From IMG/VR virus record IMGVR_UViG_3300028886_000028, positions 32,001 through 96,000 of that record: a stretch of 64,000 nt of DNA, one strand, 5' to 3'. The stretch is from a virus (lineage: Duplodnaviria > Caudoviricetes). The notes under the pieces are model-generated. The model did no database searches. It was not told the DNA's origin and was given only the letters and a program-made list of their open reading frames with translations. Each line of letters starts with the position of its first letter. The first letter of the stretch is position 1. Position numbers and translations under genes: made by a program. Shown here one piece after another: positions 1 through 9,765 of the stretch.

Positions 1-2
1 TT

Positions 3-1490
3 GTGAAAATATCTGGTAGTACATATTTACGCATAGTATTCAATACTGATGCCGGTAAAGATGACCTATATATTAATATAGGTGACATATTCAATACTGA
101 TAATTATTATACAAAAAGTGAAATTAATGAATTAAAAGATGAAATAATAACGATTATCAGTGACGATGAGGAAACTGTTGCTGTTGCATTAGGAGACCTT
201 AATGTTAGAAAACTTGATATTTCAGCATATACACCGGCTGATTTTTCAAATTATTATACTAAAGGACAGGTCGATACTAAGGTAAGTGATATTAACAATT
301 CAATATCAGCAGTGCAAAGGTCAGTAACAAATCTTGATTTTAAAAAGTTAGATGCTAGTGCTTATACACCAACAGACCTTTCTGACTATTATACTAAGGA
401 GGAAACAAACAATAAATTAAGTAAGAAACTTGATACCAGCGCTTATACCCCAACTGATTTATCTGATTATTATACTAAAGAAGATGTAAACTATAAATTA
501 AGCGAAAAACTTGATACAAGTGCTTATACACCGGTTGATTTATCTGATTATTACACAAAAGAAAATGTTAATGATATAATAATAGAAAATGAAGAAATAA
601 TATCTGCTGCGTTGAATGATTTAAAACATAGTAAATTAGACTCAAGTGCTTATACGCCTGTTGATTTGTCTGATTACTATACAAAAGAAGACGTTAATGC
701 AATTATAATAGACGATGAAGAGGTAATAAGTTCAGCATTAAATGATTTAAAAAGTAATAAGTTAGACATTAGTGCATATACACCAGTTGATTTATCTGAT
801 TATTATACTAAAGAAGAAACAAACGATGAATTAGATAATAAATTAGACATATCAGCTTATACGCCAACAGACCTTTCGAATTATTATACTAAGGAAGATA
901 CAAGTGCGTCAACTGAAATTTCTGACGCATTGGAAGAAAAGGTTAATTATCAAGAGTATATTTCGCATGCCATCAATTCTGATTTGCATTTCAATGGTTC
1001 TGAAAAAGAAAATCTTGACTCTCTAGAAGCAAATATTACTGCAATAAGTGGAATTTCATCTACTAATGTCGGTAATTGGAATGATGCATATGATAAAAAA
1101 CATATTCACGATAATAAATCGTATATTGATTCTATAAGTGGAAATGTTGGGACTATGGCTTATGAAAGCACAAATACATATTCAAGTGCTACGCAAGTTA
1201 ATACTGCATTGTCAGATAAGGCAGATATTTCAGCAGTTACAGAAGCCATTAGCAACATAACAATTACTTCTAATGCTGTAATTTCTATGGGTAATTATAT
1301 TATAGCAGAAAGTGGAACTCCAATAGCAGATTCAGATACTCTTAATCAGGCAATAGGAAAACTTGAAAAGATGATTGAAGAACTAAAATTATATATCAAT
1401 AGCATTAAAGATATTATAATTGACAATGAAGAAATTACAGCGGCTTCATTAAATGAACTTGATAATAGGATTAAACTTTTGGAGGAATAA
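3..1490 (+). CDS. Repeat-rich tail fibre / virion fibre protein (probably 5'-truncated by the window edge)
   Basis: Seven KLDxSAYTPxDxSxYYTK repeats, repeated IIxxEExxxAxLNxL segments, and an HxHxNK/GTMAYE module shared with 9766..11313. Confidence 0.65.
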   Translation: MKISGSTYLRIVFNTDAGKDDLYINIGDIFNTDNYYTKSEINELKDEIITIISDDEETVAVALGDLNVRKLDISAYTPADFSNYYTKGQVDTKVSDINNSISAVQRSVTNLDFKKLDASAYTPTDLSDYYTKEETNNKLSKKLDTSAYTPTDLSDYYTKEDVNYKLSEKLDTSAYTPVDLSDYYTKENVNDIIIENEEIISAALNDLKHSKLDSSAYTPVDLSDYYTKEDVNAIIIDDEEVISSALNDLKSNKLDISAYTPVDLSDYYTKEETNDELDNKLDISAYTPTDLSNYYTKEDTSASTEISDALEEKVNYQEYISHAINSDLHFNGSEKENLDSLEANITAISGISSTNVGNWNDAYDKKHIHDNKSYIDSISGNVGTMAYESTNTYSSATQVNTALSDKADISAVTEAISNITITSNAVISMGNYIIAESGTPIADSDTLNQAIGKLEKMIEELKLYINSIKDIIIDNEEITAASLNELDNRIKLLEE

Positions 1491-1555
1491 AAAAATAATT
1501 TAACACTTATTGTGATATTTATAATAAACTAATATTGCACAAATCAATAAAAAAT

Positions 1556-3898
1556 ATGAAATATTTAAGAAAATTTAATAGCCATTCAGATTATGAGGCG
1601 GCTGAAAGTAGTTTAGATTTGCCTAATGTTGCATATTGTAAGCAAGAAGATGATGTTCATTACAAACCTCTTGTTGTTGTTGAGGTGACGGGCGTTACTA
1701 TTAACAAACAGACTTTAGAACTTGCAAAAGGTTCAACTGAAACATTAATTGCAACAGTGAAACCAGCAAATGCAACAAACAAATCAGTTACGTGGGCATC
1801 AAGTAATGAAAACGTATTCACTGTATCATCAGATGGCCTAGTAACTGCTGTAGGAAATAATGGCAATGCAACCATTACAGTTACAACAGTTGATGGAGGC
1901 TTCACTGCCCAATGTACAGCCAATGTAGTTGTTCCAGTGGCAGTAACAGGTGTCACACTTAATAAGTCTACTATTAATTTAAGTAGCGGAGATTCTGAAA
2001 CACTTGTGGCTACTGTATTACCTAACAATGCAGCAAATAAAAATGTAGAATGGGCATCAAGTAATAATAGTGTTGCTACAGTAACATCAAATGGTTTGGT
2101 AACAGTTGTTGGAAACCCAGGAGATAGTGCAACCATTACAGTTACAACAGTTGATGGAGGCTTCACTGCTCAATGTGGTGTGACAGTTGATGACCCATGT
2201 GCAAGTGAAATTATAGAGACAACATATAGTTATGTTGACCTTGGATTGCCTAGTGGAAGATTATGGGCAAATAAGAACATCGGAGCATTGACTGAAACTG
2301 ATTACGGCCAGTATTTCCAATGGGGCGATACAAGTGGATACACCGCTGAACAAATAAGTGGTGGCTGCAAGGCATTTGCTTGGACTGGTTATAAGTACAA
2401 CGGTGATGGAGCAAGCCCATCTGCTTCTGATATGACCAAGTACAATTCAACTGATAATTTAACTGTAATTCAATTATCTGATGATGCAGCAAAGGCTAAT
2501 ATGGGTAATAATTGGAGAATTGCAAGTGAAGATGAGTATCTTGAACTTATAAATAACACGAATTATGAATGGACCACTATTAATGGGGTTTATGGATATA
2601 AGTTCATTAACAAGTCAGATTCAACTAAGTATATATTCTTACCAGCTGCTGGTAAAGCTGAAAATGCATCAGTAAATAATACTGAGGTAAGAGGATATTA
2701 TGCAACTAGTAGTATTAATAGTATACTAGCCTCTAGATGTTTGTATTTCTATATTGATGACTCTTTAATTATGGCAAACAGCAGCCGTTGCGTTGGTTTT
2801 TCTGTTCGCGCTGTAAAAACAAGTATTGCTGACCAACCATTGGCATTCACTGCTCTTGAGGATGGAACATTCAAATTCACTGGTAGAGCAGCACAAACTT
2901 CTGGAAACAATTTGAGCTATTCCCTTGACAGTGGTGAGACTTGGACAGTGTTGGCAAATGGTGCTGATTCTCCAACCGTGACTGCTGGTAAAAAGATTAT
3001 GTGGAAAAATGAAAGTACTTTAACCTCTTACGAAGGTGTTGGAACTTTCAGTTCCAGCGCAAAATTTAATGCTGAAGGAAATTTCCTCTCTATATTGAGA
3101 GGTGATAATTTTATCGGCGTTCAAAATAGTACTGCCGGTTCACTCGCTAGCTTTTTATTTGATGGGTGTACTCATTTAGTAAGTGCTGAAAACTTATCAT
3201 TATATTTAGTTAAACCAACATATAGAGCGTTTTATTGTATGTTTAGAGGCTGTACAAACCTAACAACAGCGCCACAATTAATGTCCCTTAATGTTGGTAG
3301 CGGGGCTTATGATTCTATGTTCCGAGATTGTACAAGTCTAACGACAGTCCATTCATTACCTGCTATGACAGTTGATTCTAGTGCATACAATTCCATGTTC
3401 CTTAATTGTACAAGTTTAACTACAGCACCCGAGTTACCAGCAACTACATTGGCAAATTACTGTTACAATTCTATATTCCAAAATTGTACAAGTTTAACTA
3501 CAGCACCCGAGTTACCAGCAACTACATTGGCAAATTACTGTTATAAAGGAATGTTCAAAGGTTGTACAAGTCTAACGACAGCGCCTGAGTTGCCAGCAGC
3601 AACAGTACCTACTAGCGCTTATACATCTATGTTCCAAGGTTGTACAAGTCTAACGACAGCGCCTGAGTTATCAGCAACAACATTGGGAGATTATTGTTAT
3701 GCTGAAATGTTCTATGGTTGTACGTCATTGAACAGTATAACTTGTTTAGCAACAGACATTAGTGCAACAAACTGCACATCTAATTGGGTAAATGGAGTTG
3801 CAAGCAATGGTACATTCACTAAAGCAGCAAGTATGAATGATTGGACAACTGGTATTAATGGCATTCCTAACAATTGGGAAGTAAATGATTCTATATGA
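1556..3898 (+). CDS. Modular receptor-binding/adhesin protein: N-terminal anchor, 2x Big_2 Ig domains, C-type-lectin-fold (Fib_succ_major/DUF1566-like) domain, LRR-like repeats
   Basis: ATG at 1556 follows the promoter motif. Ig repeats VTGVTxNK..ATNKSVTWASS..TVTTVDGGFTAQC; YVDLGLPSGRLWA..FLPAAG..GFSVRAV; 26-aa MFxxCTSLTTAPELPA repeats. Confidence 0.75.
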   Translation: MKYLRKFNSHSDYEAAESSLDLPNVAYCKQEDDVHYKPLVVVEVTGVTINKQTLELAKGSTETLIATVKPANATNKSVTWASSNENVFTVSSDGLVTAVGNNGNATITVTTVDGGFTAQCTANVVVPVAVTGVTLNKSTINLSSGDSETLVATVLPNNAANKNVEWASSNNSVATVTSNGLVTVVGNPGDSATITVTTVDGGFTAQCGVTVDDPCASEIIETTYSYVDLGLPSGRLWANKNIGALTETDYGQYFQWGDTSGYTAEQISGGCKAFAWTGYKYNGDGASPSASDMTKYNSTDNLTVIQLSDDAAKANMGNNWRIASEDEYLELINNTNYEWTTINGVYGYKFINKSDSTKYIFLPAAGKAENASVNNTEVRGYYATSSINSILASRCLYFYIDDSLIMANSSRCVGFSVRAVKTSIADQPLAFTALEDGTFKFTGRAAQTSGNNLSYSLDSGETWTVLANGADSPTVTAGKKIMWKNESTLTSYEGVGTFSSSAKFNAEGNFLSILRGDNFIGVQNSTAGSLASFLFDGCTHLVSAENLSLYLVKPTYRAFYCMFRGCTNLTTAPQLMSLNVGSGAYDSMFRDCTSLTTVHSLPAMTVDSSAYNSMFLNCTSLTTAPELPATTLANYCYNSIFQNCTSLTTAPELPATTLANYCYKGMFKGCTSLTTAPELPAATVPTSAYTSMFQGCTSLTTAPELSATTLGDYCYAEMFYGCTSLNSITCLATDISATNCTSNWVNGVASNGTFTKAASMNDWTTGINGIPNNWEVNDSI

Positions 3899-4017
3899 CA
3901 AATAGAACAGAAATTGTAGTTAATAACCATGTATTATATGGCGATTCAAGTACAGTTAAAATAGATTACTACACACGTAGTCAAGGTAAGTCTGTAAGAA
4001 GAGTAATTAATTTCTAA
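3895..4017 (+). CDS. Small 40-aa ORF (MTNRTEIVVNNHVLYGDSSTVKIDYYTRSQGKSVRRVINF), not in the ORF track
   Basis: ATGA overlap with the upstream stop; fills the gap up to the terminator. Confidence 0.4.
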   Translation: MTNRTEIVVNNHVLYGDSSTVKIDYYTRSQGKSVRRVINF

Positions 4018-4035
4018 AAAATTAAATAACAACAA

Positions 4036-4071
4036 AAAAAAAGGAATAACAGTAGAGTTATTCCTTTTTTT
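4036..4071 (+). terminator. Intrinsic terminator
   Basis: aaaaaaaggaataac-agtaga-gttattccttttttt. Confidence 0.8.
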
Positions 4072-4113
4072 ACTTTATTTTGAAATATTTATATAAGAAT
4101 ACACGCATATAAT

Positions 4114-6984
4114 ATGAAATATATAAGAAAATTTAATTCAACTGAAGAGTATGAAGTGGAAAAGGATAAATTACCTTTTCCAAATTTGTCTTTTGCTCTT
4201 GATAAGCCTAGAACTGTTTATTATCCATTTGAGGTAGAGGACAAATATTATGACCCAACATTATTTACTGGCCTTGGTAGAAAAAATCTTAAAAAGAATA
4301 TCGTAGATGGCGTTAATTTATTAACTCAGGATATGTTCAATGCTTCTCATACTGTGTATATTATTCAGTTTGATTATGTATTGAATTCTAACATTGAAAT
4401 TCCAAATAACAGCGTCTTGGAATTTAGAGGCGGTAGTATAAGTGGAGGAAGCATTTCATTGGAAAATACTTATTTAAATGGCGATGTTTCTTTTATTGAT
4501 ACTGTAATATCTGGTAGCTGTTCAAATGAAATACTGACGCCTAAATTATTTGGAGCAGTACCTTCTGTTTATGAAGATGAGAGTAATAAATATTTGCACA
4601 CAAAAGCATTTAAAAGTCTTGCCAATGTAATAGATAATCCTAATACGTTGTCAAGGGTTGTATTTATTCCAAGCGGCCACTATAGTTTAAATGAAAGGGT
4701 AATATTTATGTCAAGCTGTAAAGTGTATGGTAATGGTGACACAACAGTAATAGATTGTTACGATGGAGCTGGCGGGCTTGGTTTTGGCTATACTAAAGAT
4801 GGAAATCATTATTATCATAGTTGTGAGGTTTTAAATTGTACAATTGTGGAAGATGCTTATAAATTTAATGATTATATCATAGTTAATAATTCATCTGAAT
4901 TAAATGTAGGCGATTATATAATAATAACTGATACAAATGATTCCAGTTTTAATACCTCAAGAAAATATTACAGAACTAGTGAAATATTGAAAATTAGTAA
5001 CATTGAAGGCAACAAAATAATTTTTACAAGTAAATTATATGGGTATTATTTTGCTGATTTTGGAGAAGGCTATGCAACAACTTTAACACCGCAACCTCAA
5101 CACAGAACAGTTATTTCAAGGTTTACGCCTCAACAATATAATTTATCTGATTTTATGGTAGTGAGCCATAATCATGATATTTCAAATCCCACAACATATT
5201 ATACTTTAACAGTTTGTGGATTTAGAGATAGTGTTTTTTCAGGTGTTCATATGGAAAATCACGGAAACTATGTTCCTTGGTGTTTGAAACTTGGAATTCA
5301 TTATTCTGTAAGGGATTGCGTTGTAAGAAATTATGCTAAATACACTACTGATGGCTATGGGCTGGTTATAAGTACCTCTCAAGAATTTGTTGTTTACAAT
5401 TGTAAATTCCGTGCAACATCACATGCCCTTTCAACCGGAGGTGGCAGCTCTTTGTTTGATGTTATCAACAGAAATTTCGTATACGAGTGGCTTTATTTTG
5501 AGAATTGGGTTTATGACGCAAGTAGTGGTAAAACATATACAAAAATTGACTTAGATGTTCATGCTGATGCTGAGTATTATAAGTTTATTAACATAATGGC
5601 CCCAAATTCTACATGTGACACTGGAGGATATAATGTTCTTATTGAGAATTGTAAATTCAATAAAATATCAACATCATTTAATGAGGGCGATTTAACAATT
5701 AAAAATTGTGAAATATTTACTGAACAAGATGCAGGAGGGCTTCTTTGGAATAATAATGCGTATGATTACTATAGCGATAACTCATTAGTTATTGAAAATT
5801 CTGTTATACATGGTAATATGACACTAGATTATCAAGGTTCAAGTAAAGTTTATAAAAAATTAGTTTTCAAAAACAATAGATGTAAATCATTGCAAATGCG
5901 TCATGGACACATTGAAAGCACAATTATTGAGGATAACTTATTTGAATCTGGCGGTATATATAACTATAACTGCTCGTTTGATTTTGTCTCAGTAAGAGGA
6001 AATACATTATTGAATGGATTTATATTTATAACCTCTAAAGAGAGCGGAAATTGTATTGTTAATAATAATTATGTTAGAACTGTAGAGCATTCGCAATCAG
6101 ACAAAGAAACTATTATATTAAGGAACATGAATGGTAGTTTTAATGATAATACTGTTATAAGAGATTATGCATATTATCGGCCACCAATATCAATAACTCA
6201 AGGAAATATTATAATAAACAATTGTATTATAAAGTTGAACAATGACGATTTAAATAAAGAGATTGTAGCATCAAACGTTGCAAACGTTGTTCTTAAAAAT
6301 AATGTTCATAATTCAACATCAATTTCACTAATAAAGTATCCGGATGGAGATTCAAAGAAATATAGTTATGCATTTATTGATTCATATCCTAGCATATCAA
6401 ATAATTTAGACAGGTTTGATGTTAAAGATTCTATTGGAATGGTAACATATGATAATAGCACAAAGTCATTGGCATATATATCAAGCGTTCCGCAAGGTAA
6501 CGTGTTACTTAACTTAAAAGTTATAAACTCAGAGCCTGTTATAACTGAAAATGTGTTTGATAGTGGAAAAACATATTATGTTAAGTTCGGCAGAAATAAT
6601 GTGCATAATATGGTATATTTTTCAAAAACACGTATAATAGTAGAAGAAGATTTACTATGTGCATTACAAAGTTACGGTTCCTACGATGGAGTTTTCCAAG
6701 CACCAAATAAGACAGATTATCCGTATGTATATATAACATCATCTTATAACTCAAGTACTGGTGTGTCATTCGATTTCTATGAAAATAGAAATGTATCATC
6801 TTACGATGGTGCTGTATTTAATGTTAAAAGAAGTGGCACAACAGCACAACGCCCTATTGGATATGATGTATATGTTGGTTTTATGTATTTTGATACTAGT
6901 ATTGGTAAGCCAATATATGTAAAAAACATAAACTCTTCTAATTATTCGATAACTTGGGTTGACGCAAATGGAAATGTATGTTAA
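4114..6984 (+). CDS. Tail spike-like beta-helix (pectate-lyase-fold) putative depolymerase
   Basis: TPKLFGA..TKAF..VFIPSGHY entry motif, Asn/Ile-rich beta-helix rungs, C-terminal SGTTAQRP..GFMYFDTSIGKP..WVDANG; N-terminus similar to the 1556 gene. Confidence 0.7.
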   Translation: MKYIRKFNSTEEYEVEKDKLPFPNLSFALDKPRTVYYPFEVEDKYYDPTLFTGLGRKNLKKNIVDGVNLLTQDMFNASHTVYIIQFDYVLNSNIEIPNNSVLEFRGGSISGGSISLENTYLNGDVSFIDTVISGSCSNEILTPKLFGAVPSVYEDESNKYLHTKAFKSLANVIDNPNTLSRVVFIPSGHYSLNERVIFMSSCKVYGNGDTTVIDCYDGAGGLGFGYTKDGNHYYHSCEVLNCTIVEDAYKFNDYIIVNNSSELNVGDYIIITDTNDSSFNTSRKYYRTSEILKISNIEGNKIIFTSKLYGYYFADFGEGYATTLTPQPQHRTVISRFTPQQYNLSDFMVVSHNHDISNPTTYYTLTVCGFRDSVFSGVHMENHGNYVPWCLKLGIHYSVRDCVVRNYAKYTTDGYGLVISTSQEFVVYNCKFRATSHALSTGGGSSLFDVINRNFVYEWLYFENWVYDASSGKTYTKIDLDVHADAEYYKFINIMAPNSTCDTGGYNVLIENCKFNKISTSFNEGDLTIKNCEIFTEQDAGGLLWNNNAYDYYSDNSLVIENSVIHGNMTLDYQGSSKVYKKLVFKNNRCKSLQMRHGHIESTIIEDNLFESGGIYNYNCSFDFVSVRGNTLLNGFIFITSKESGNCIVNNNYVRTVEHSQSDKETIILRNMNGSFNDNTVIRDYAYYRPPISITQGNIIINNCIIKLNNDDLNKEIVASNVANVVLKNNVHNSTSISLIKYPDGDSKKYSYAFIDSYPSISNNLDRFDVKDSIGMVTYDNSTKSLAYISSVPQGNVLLNLKVINSEPVITENVFDSGKTYYVKFGRNNVHNMVYFSKTRIIVEEDLLCALQSYGSYDGVFQAPNKTDYPYVYITSSYNSSTGVSFDFYENRNVSSYDGAVFNVKRSGTTAQRPIGYDVYVGFMYFDTSIGKPIYVKNINSSNYSITWVDANGNVC

Positions 6985-7013
6985 TTATATTTTTTTAGTT
7001 TGCAAAAGCATAA

Positions 7014-7050
7014 AATGAGCAGCAATTAAATTGTCTGCTCATTCTTTTTT
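7014..7050 (+). terminator. Intrinsic terminator
   Basis: aatgagcag..ctgctcatt stem followed by a T-tract. Confidence 0.7.
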
Positions 7051-7120
7051 GTAAAAACTTATTATTTACCTGTTTATTTAAATATTTATAAGTAATAAGT
7101 TTTATAAAATATTTTATAAT

Positions 7121-9553
7121 ATGTCAAAAAAATATATAAATACTCTAGATTTTTATGGCTACGGAGAAAGTAATAAAATGGAGCCGGCATTAGGTTCATC
7201 TTACAAGGTAAAGGTATCAGACAAGGATGGAAATATCATTACCATTGAAAAAGATGGGTCTCTTTATGCTTGTGTTAAATTGGCATTTGACACAAACACA
7301 GGTATTTTGAGTTTACTTGATGCTGCCCATAATGATTCTGTTCTCGCGGAGGTAGAAATGCCTAATGCTGATTACATTTATAATTGCAGATTTGATGAAG
7401 AGTTAAATGCAATTTTATTTGATGTAAAATCTCTTTATGGCGATAATACAGATACCATAGAACTTGATGTTGAAAGTTTGGTAGAACTTTACGAAGCCGG
7501 CCAAGGTATTGAAATTGGCGAGAAAAATGAAGAGACCGGTAGAAAGCCAATTAGTGTTAAACTCGTTGAAGGGGAAGATTTACTTACTTTAACAGATGAT
7601 GGACTTGGTATTGATGATTCAGTTGTTACCGAGGATGAACTTTATGCTGCTATTAGCGGAAAAGCGGACATTTCATATGTTAACGAACTTTTTTATGGCA
7701 TTAGTGGAATAACTTCAGGCATTACTGATATACTTGAAGAGCATGAAACTGAAATAGAAAAGTTAAAAAGAATTGTTGGTACTGAAGAAGAAATTCCTTC
7801 ACTTTTTGAACAAATAGAAAGCAATAGAGAAGATATTTCTGAACTTGATGGAGAAATTGGCGATATTAGTGGGGCAGTAAACACAATATCTGAAAAGGTA
7901 GATAGCATTGAAAATAATATTGATTCATTAAATGATACTGTTAATTCATTATCTGATGATGTTGATGACCTTAGAGAGGCAATAGAAAAAGAAGTTGAAA
8001 GAGCAACGTCAGCAGAAACGGATTTAAGAATTTCAGTGGAAGTCGAAGAAGGTAGAGCAATAAGTGCGGAAACTGTATTAACAGAAAGAATTACTGGAGA
8101 AGAAAATGCGAGAAAAGAGTCTTCAGTGTCTGATGTTGTATATAATTCTTCAGCAAAAACAATTAATTTCTTTAATGAAAATGGAAACATTATAACTTCA
8201 ATTGACACTACTGATTTCATTAAAGATGGTATGGTTAAGTCTGTTGCTATTGAAACAGTAGATGACACTACTTATTTGGTAATAACGTGGAATACTGACG
8301 CTGGTATTGAAGAAACGAGAATTAATCTTGGAGATTTATTTGATGCTGACGATTATTACACAAAGGCAGAGATAGATTCAAAAATTGACGAATTACATAG
8401 CACAGATGATGAACTTGCTCAGGCAAACGAAAGACAATGGAGTGCTATAACCCAAAACAGGGAAGAAATTAACGATGTTGACCAAAATATTCGTTATCTT
8501 ATTTCTCAAGAAGCAGAATCTAGAGAAAACGAGGATAATAATTTATGGGAAGCATTAAGAACAGAGACAAATGAACGCACTACTTCAGATGCTTCTTTGC
8601 AAGCACAAATAAATGCAGAAGCAGAAGAAAGAAGAGCGAAAGACACTCAATTAGAAAACGCAATCGCAGATGAAAGAAGAGAAAGAATATCCGATATTAC
8701 TGATACAAGAAATCAAGTTATTTCAGGTATTACGAATCTTCAAATACAATTAACTGCTGAAGTACAAAGAGCTCAAGGAGAAGAAGGCAGAATAGACGCA
8801 AAATATGATGGTGCTATAACTGATTTAAGAAATGCAGATATAATAATAAACCAACATATTGATGACCAAGATGCTATAATTAATCGTAGAATAGATGGTG
8901 TCGTTTCTGACTTAGAAGTTGAACAAAACACAAGGCAAACTGCTGATTTGGAAATGTCAAATGATATTAATTATATCAGGAGAAATTATGCTACAGTAGA
9001 ATATGTAGATAATCAAGATGATAATTTCAAAGAAGCCGCAATTCAAACATCAACAGGATATGCTAAATCTTATACAGATACTGAGGTAGATAGATTAGAA
9101 GTAGCATTAAAAAGATATTGCGATTCAGGGCACACGGAACTTCAGCATGAAATAAGTGATAATGCTACTAAAATTAATGCAATATCAAGCCTTAGAGGAG
9201 TAACCGGTAGTAATATAAGTAATTATGACGATTCTGGAAATGGTATTTTAGATGTACTACATCGTGAATTCCACTATCACATTACACATGATGGCTCTAT
9301 TAAAGAAATATATTACGAAGATGGTAATATAATTATTATATATGAAACACCTTATGGAGAAAAATCAGCAACAATACCGGTTAGTACAGTAGTTGATTTA
9401 AGAGATTATTATAAGAAGAATGAAGTAGATGCCCTTCTTGATAATAAAGCGAATGTGACAGATTTAAATGGTGAAATACAAAGAGCAACCGAAGCAGAAA
9501 GATTGTTGAATGAAAAAATTGATAATCTTGATATTGATGGAGGTATATACTAG
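7121..9553 (+). CDS. Coiled-coil fibre/structural protein
   Basis: ExxRAxxAE heptad-like repeats, a DGMV..YLVITWNTDAG module, YYTK motifs, C-terminal IDGGIY. Confidence 0.6.
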   Translation: MSKKYINTLDFYGYGESNKMEPALGSSYKVKVSDKDGNIITIEKDGSLYACVKLAFDTNTGILSLLDAAHNDSVLAEVEMPNADYIYNCRFDEELNAILFDVKSLYGDNTDTIELDVESLVELYEAGQGIEIGEKNEETGRKPISVKLVEGEDLLTLTDDGLGIDDSVVTEDELYAAISGKADISYVNELFYGISGITSGITDILEEHETEIEKLKRIVGTEEEIPSLFEQIESNREDISELDGEIGDISGAVNTISEKVDSIENNIDSLNDTVNSLSDDVDDLREAIEKEVERATSAETDLRISVEVEEGRAISAETVLTERITGEENARKESSVSDVVYNSSAKTINFFNENGNIITSIDTTDFIKDGMVKSVAIETVDDTTYLVITWNTDAGIEETRINLGDLFDADDYYTKAEIDSKIDELHSTDDELAQANERQWSAITQNREEINDVDQNIRYLISQEAESRENEDNNLWEALRTETNERTTSDASLQAQINAEAEERRAKDTQLENAIADERRERISDITDTRNQVISGITNLQIQLTAEVQRAQGEEGRIDAKYDGAITDLRNADIIINQHIDDQDAIINRRIDGVVSDLEVEQNTRQTADLEMSNDINYIRRNYATVEYVDNQDDNFKEAAIQTSTGYAKSYTDTEVDRLEVALKRYCDSGHTELQHEISDNATKINAISSLRGVTGSNISNYDDSGNGILDVLHREFHYHITHDGSIKEIYYEDGNIIIIYETPYGEKSATIPVSTVVDLRDYYKKNEVDALLDNKANVTDLNGEIQRATEAERLLNEKIDNLDIDGGIY

Positions 9554-9576
9554 TGATTTTTTACAATTTTTAATAT

Positions 9577-9610
9577 AAATGAGCAAATCTTTTTAGGTTT
9601 GCTCATTTTT
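9577..9610 (+). terminator. Intrinsic terminator
   Basis: aaatgagcaaatct..aggtttgctcattttt. Confidence 0.75.
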
Positions 9611-9765
9611 ATATATATTCCAAAATATTTATAATAAAACAAATATCTTATTAAGATATATTTTGTTAAATAAAAACGCTGGTATCCTTACCATTTTTTG
9701 AACTCTATAGTTCTGAAAAACAATATATTGAAAGTAAAATAAATAAGATAAATAATTCACATATT

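Noticed and set aside
190-900. Regularly spaced DNA repeats resembling a CRISPR array
   Set aside because: They are in-frame protein repeats (KLDxSAYTPxDLSDYYTK) with synonymous variation and no unique spacers.
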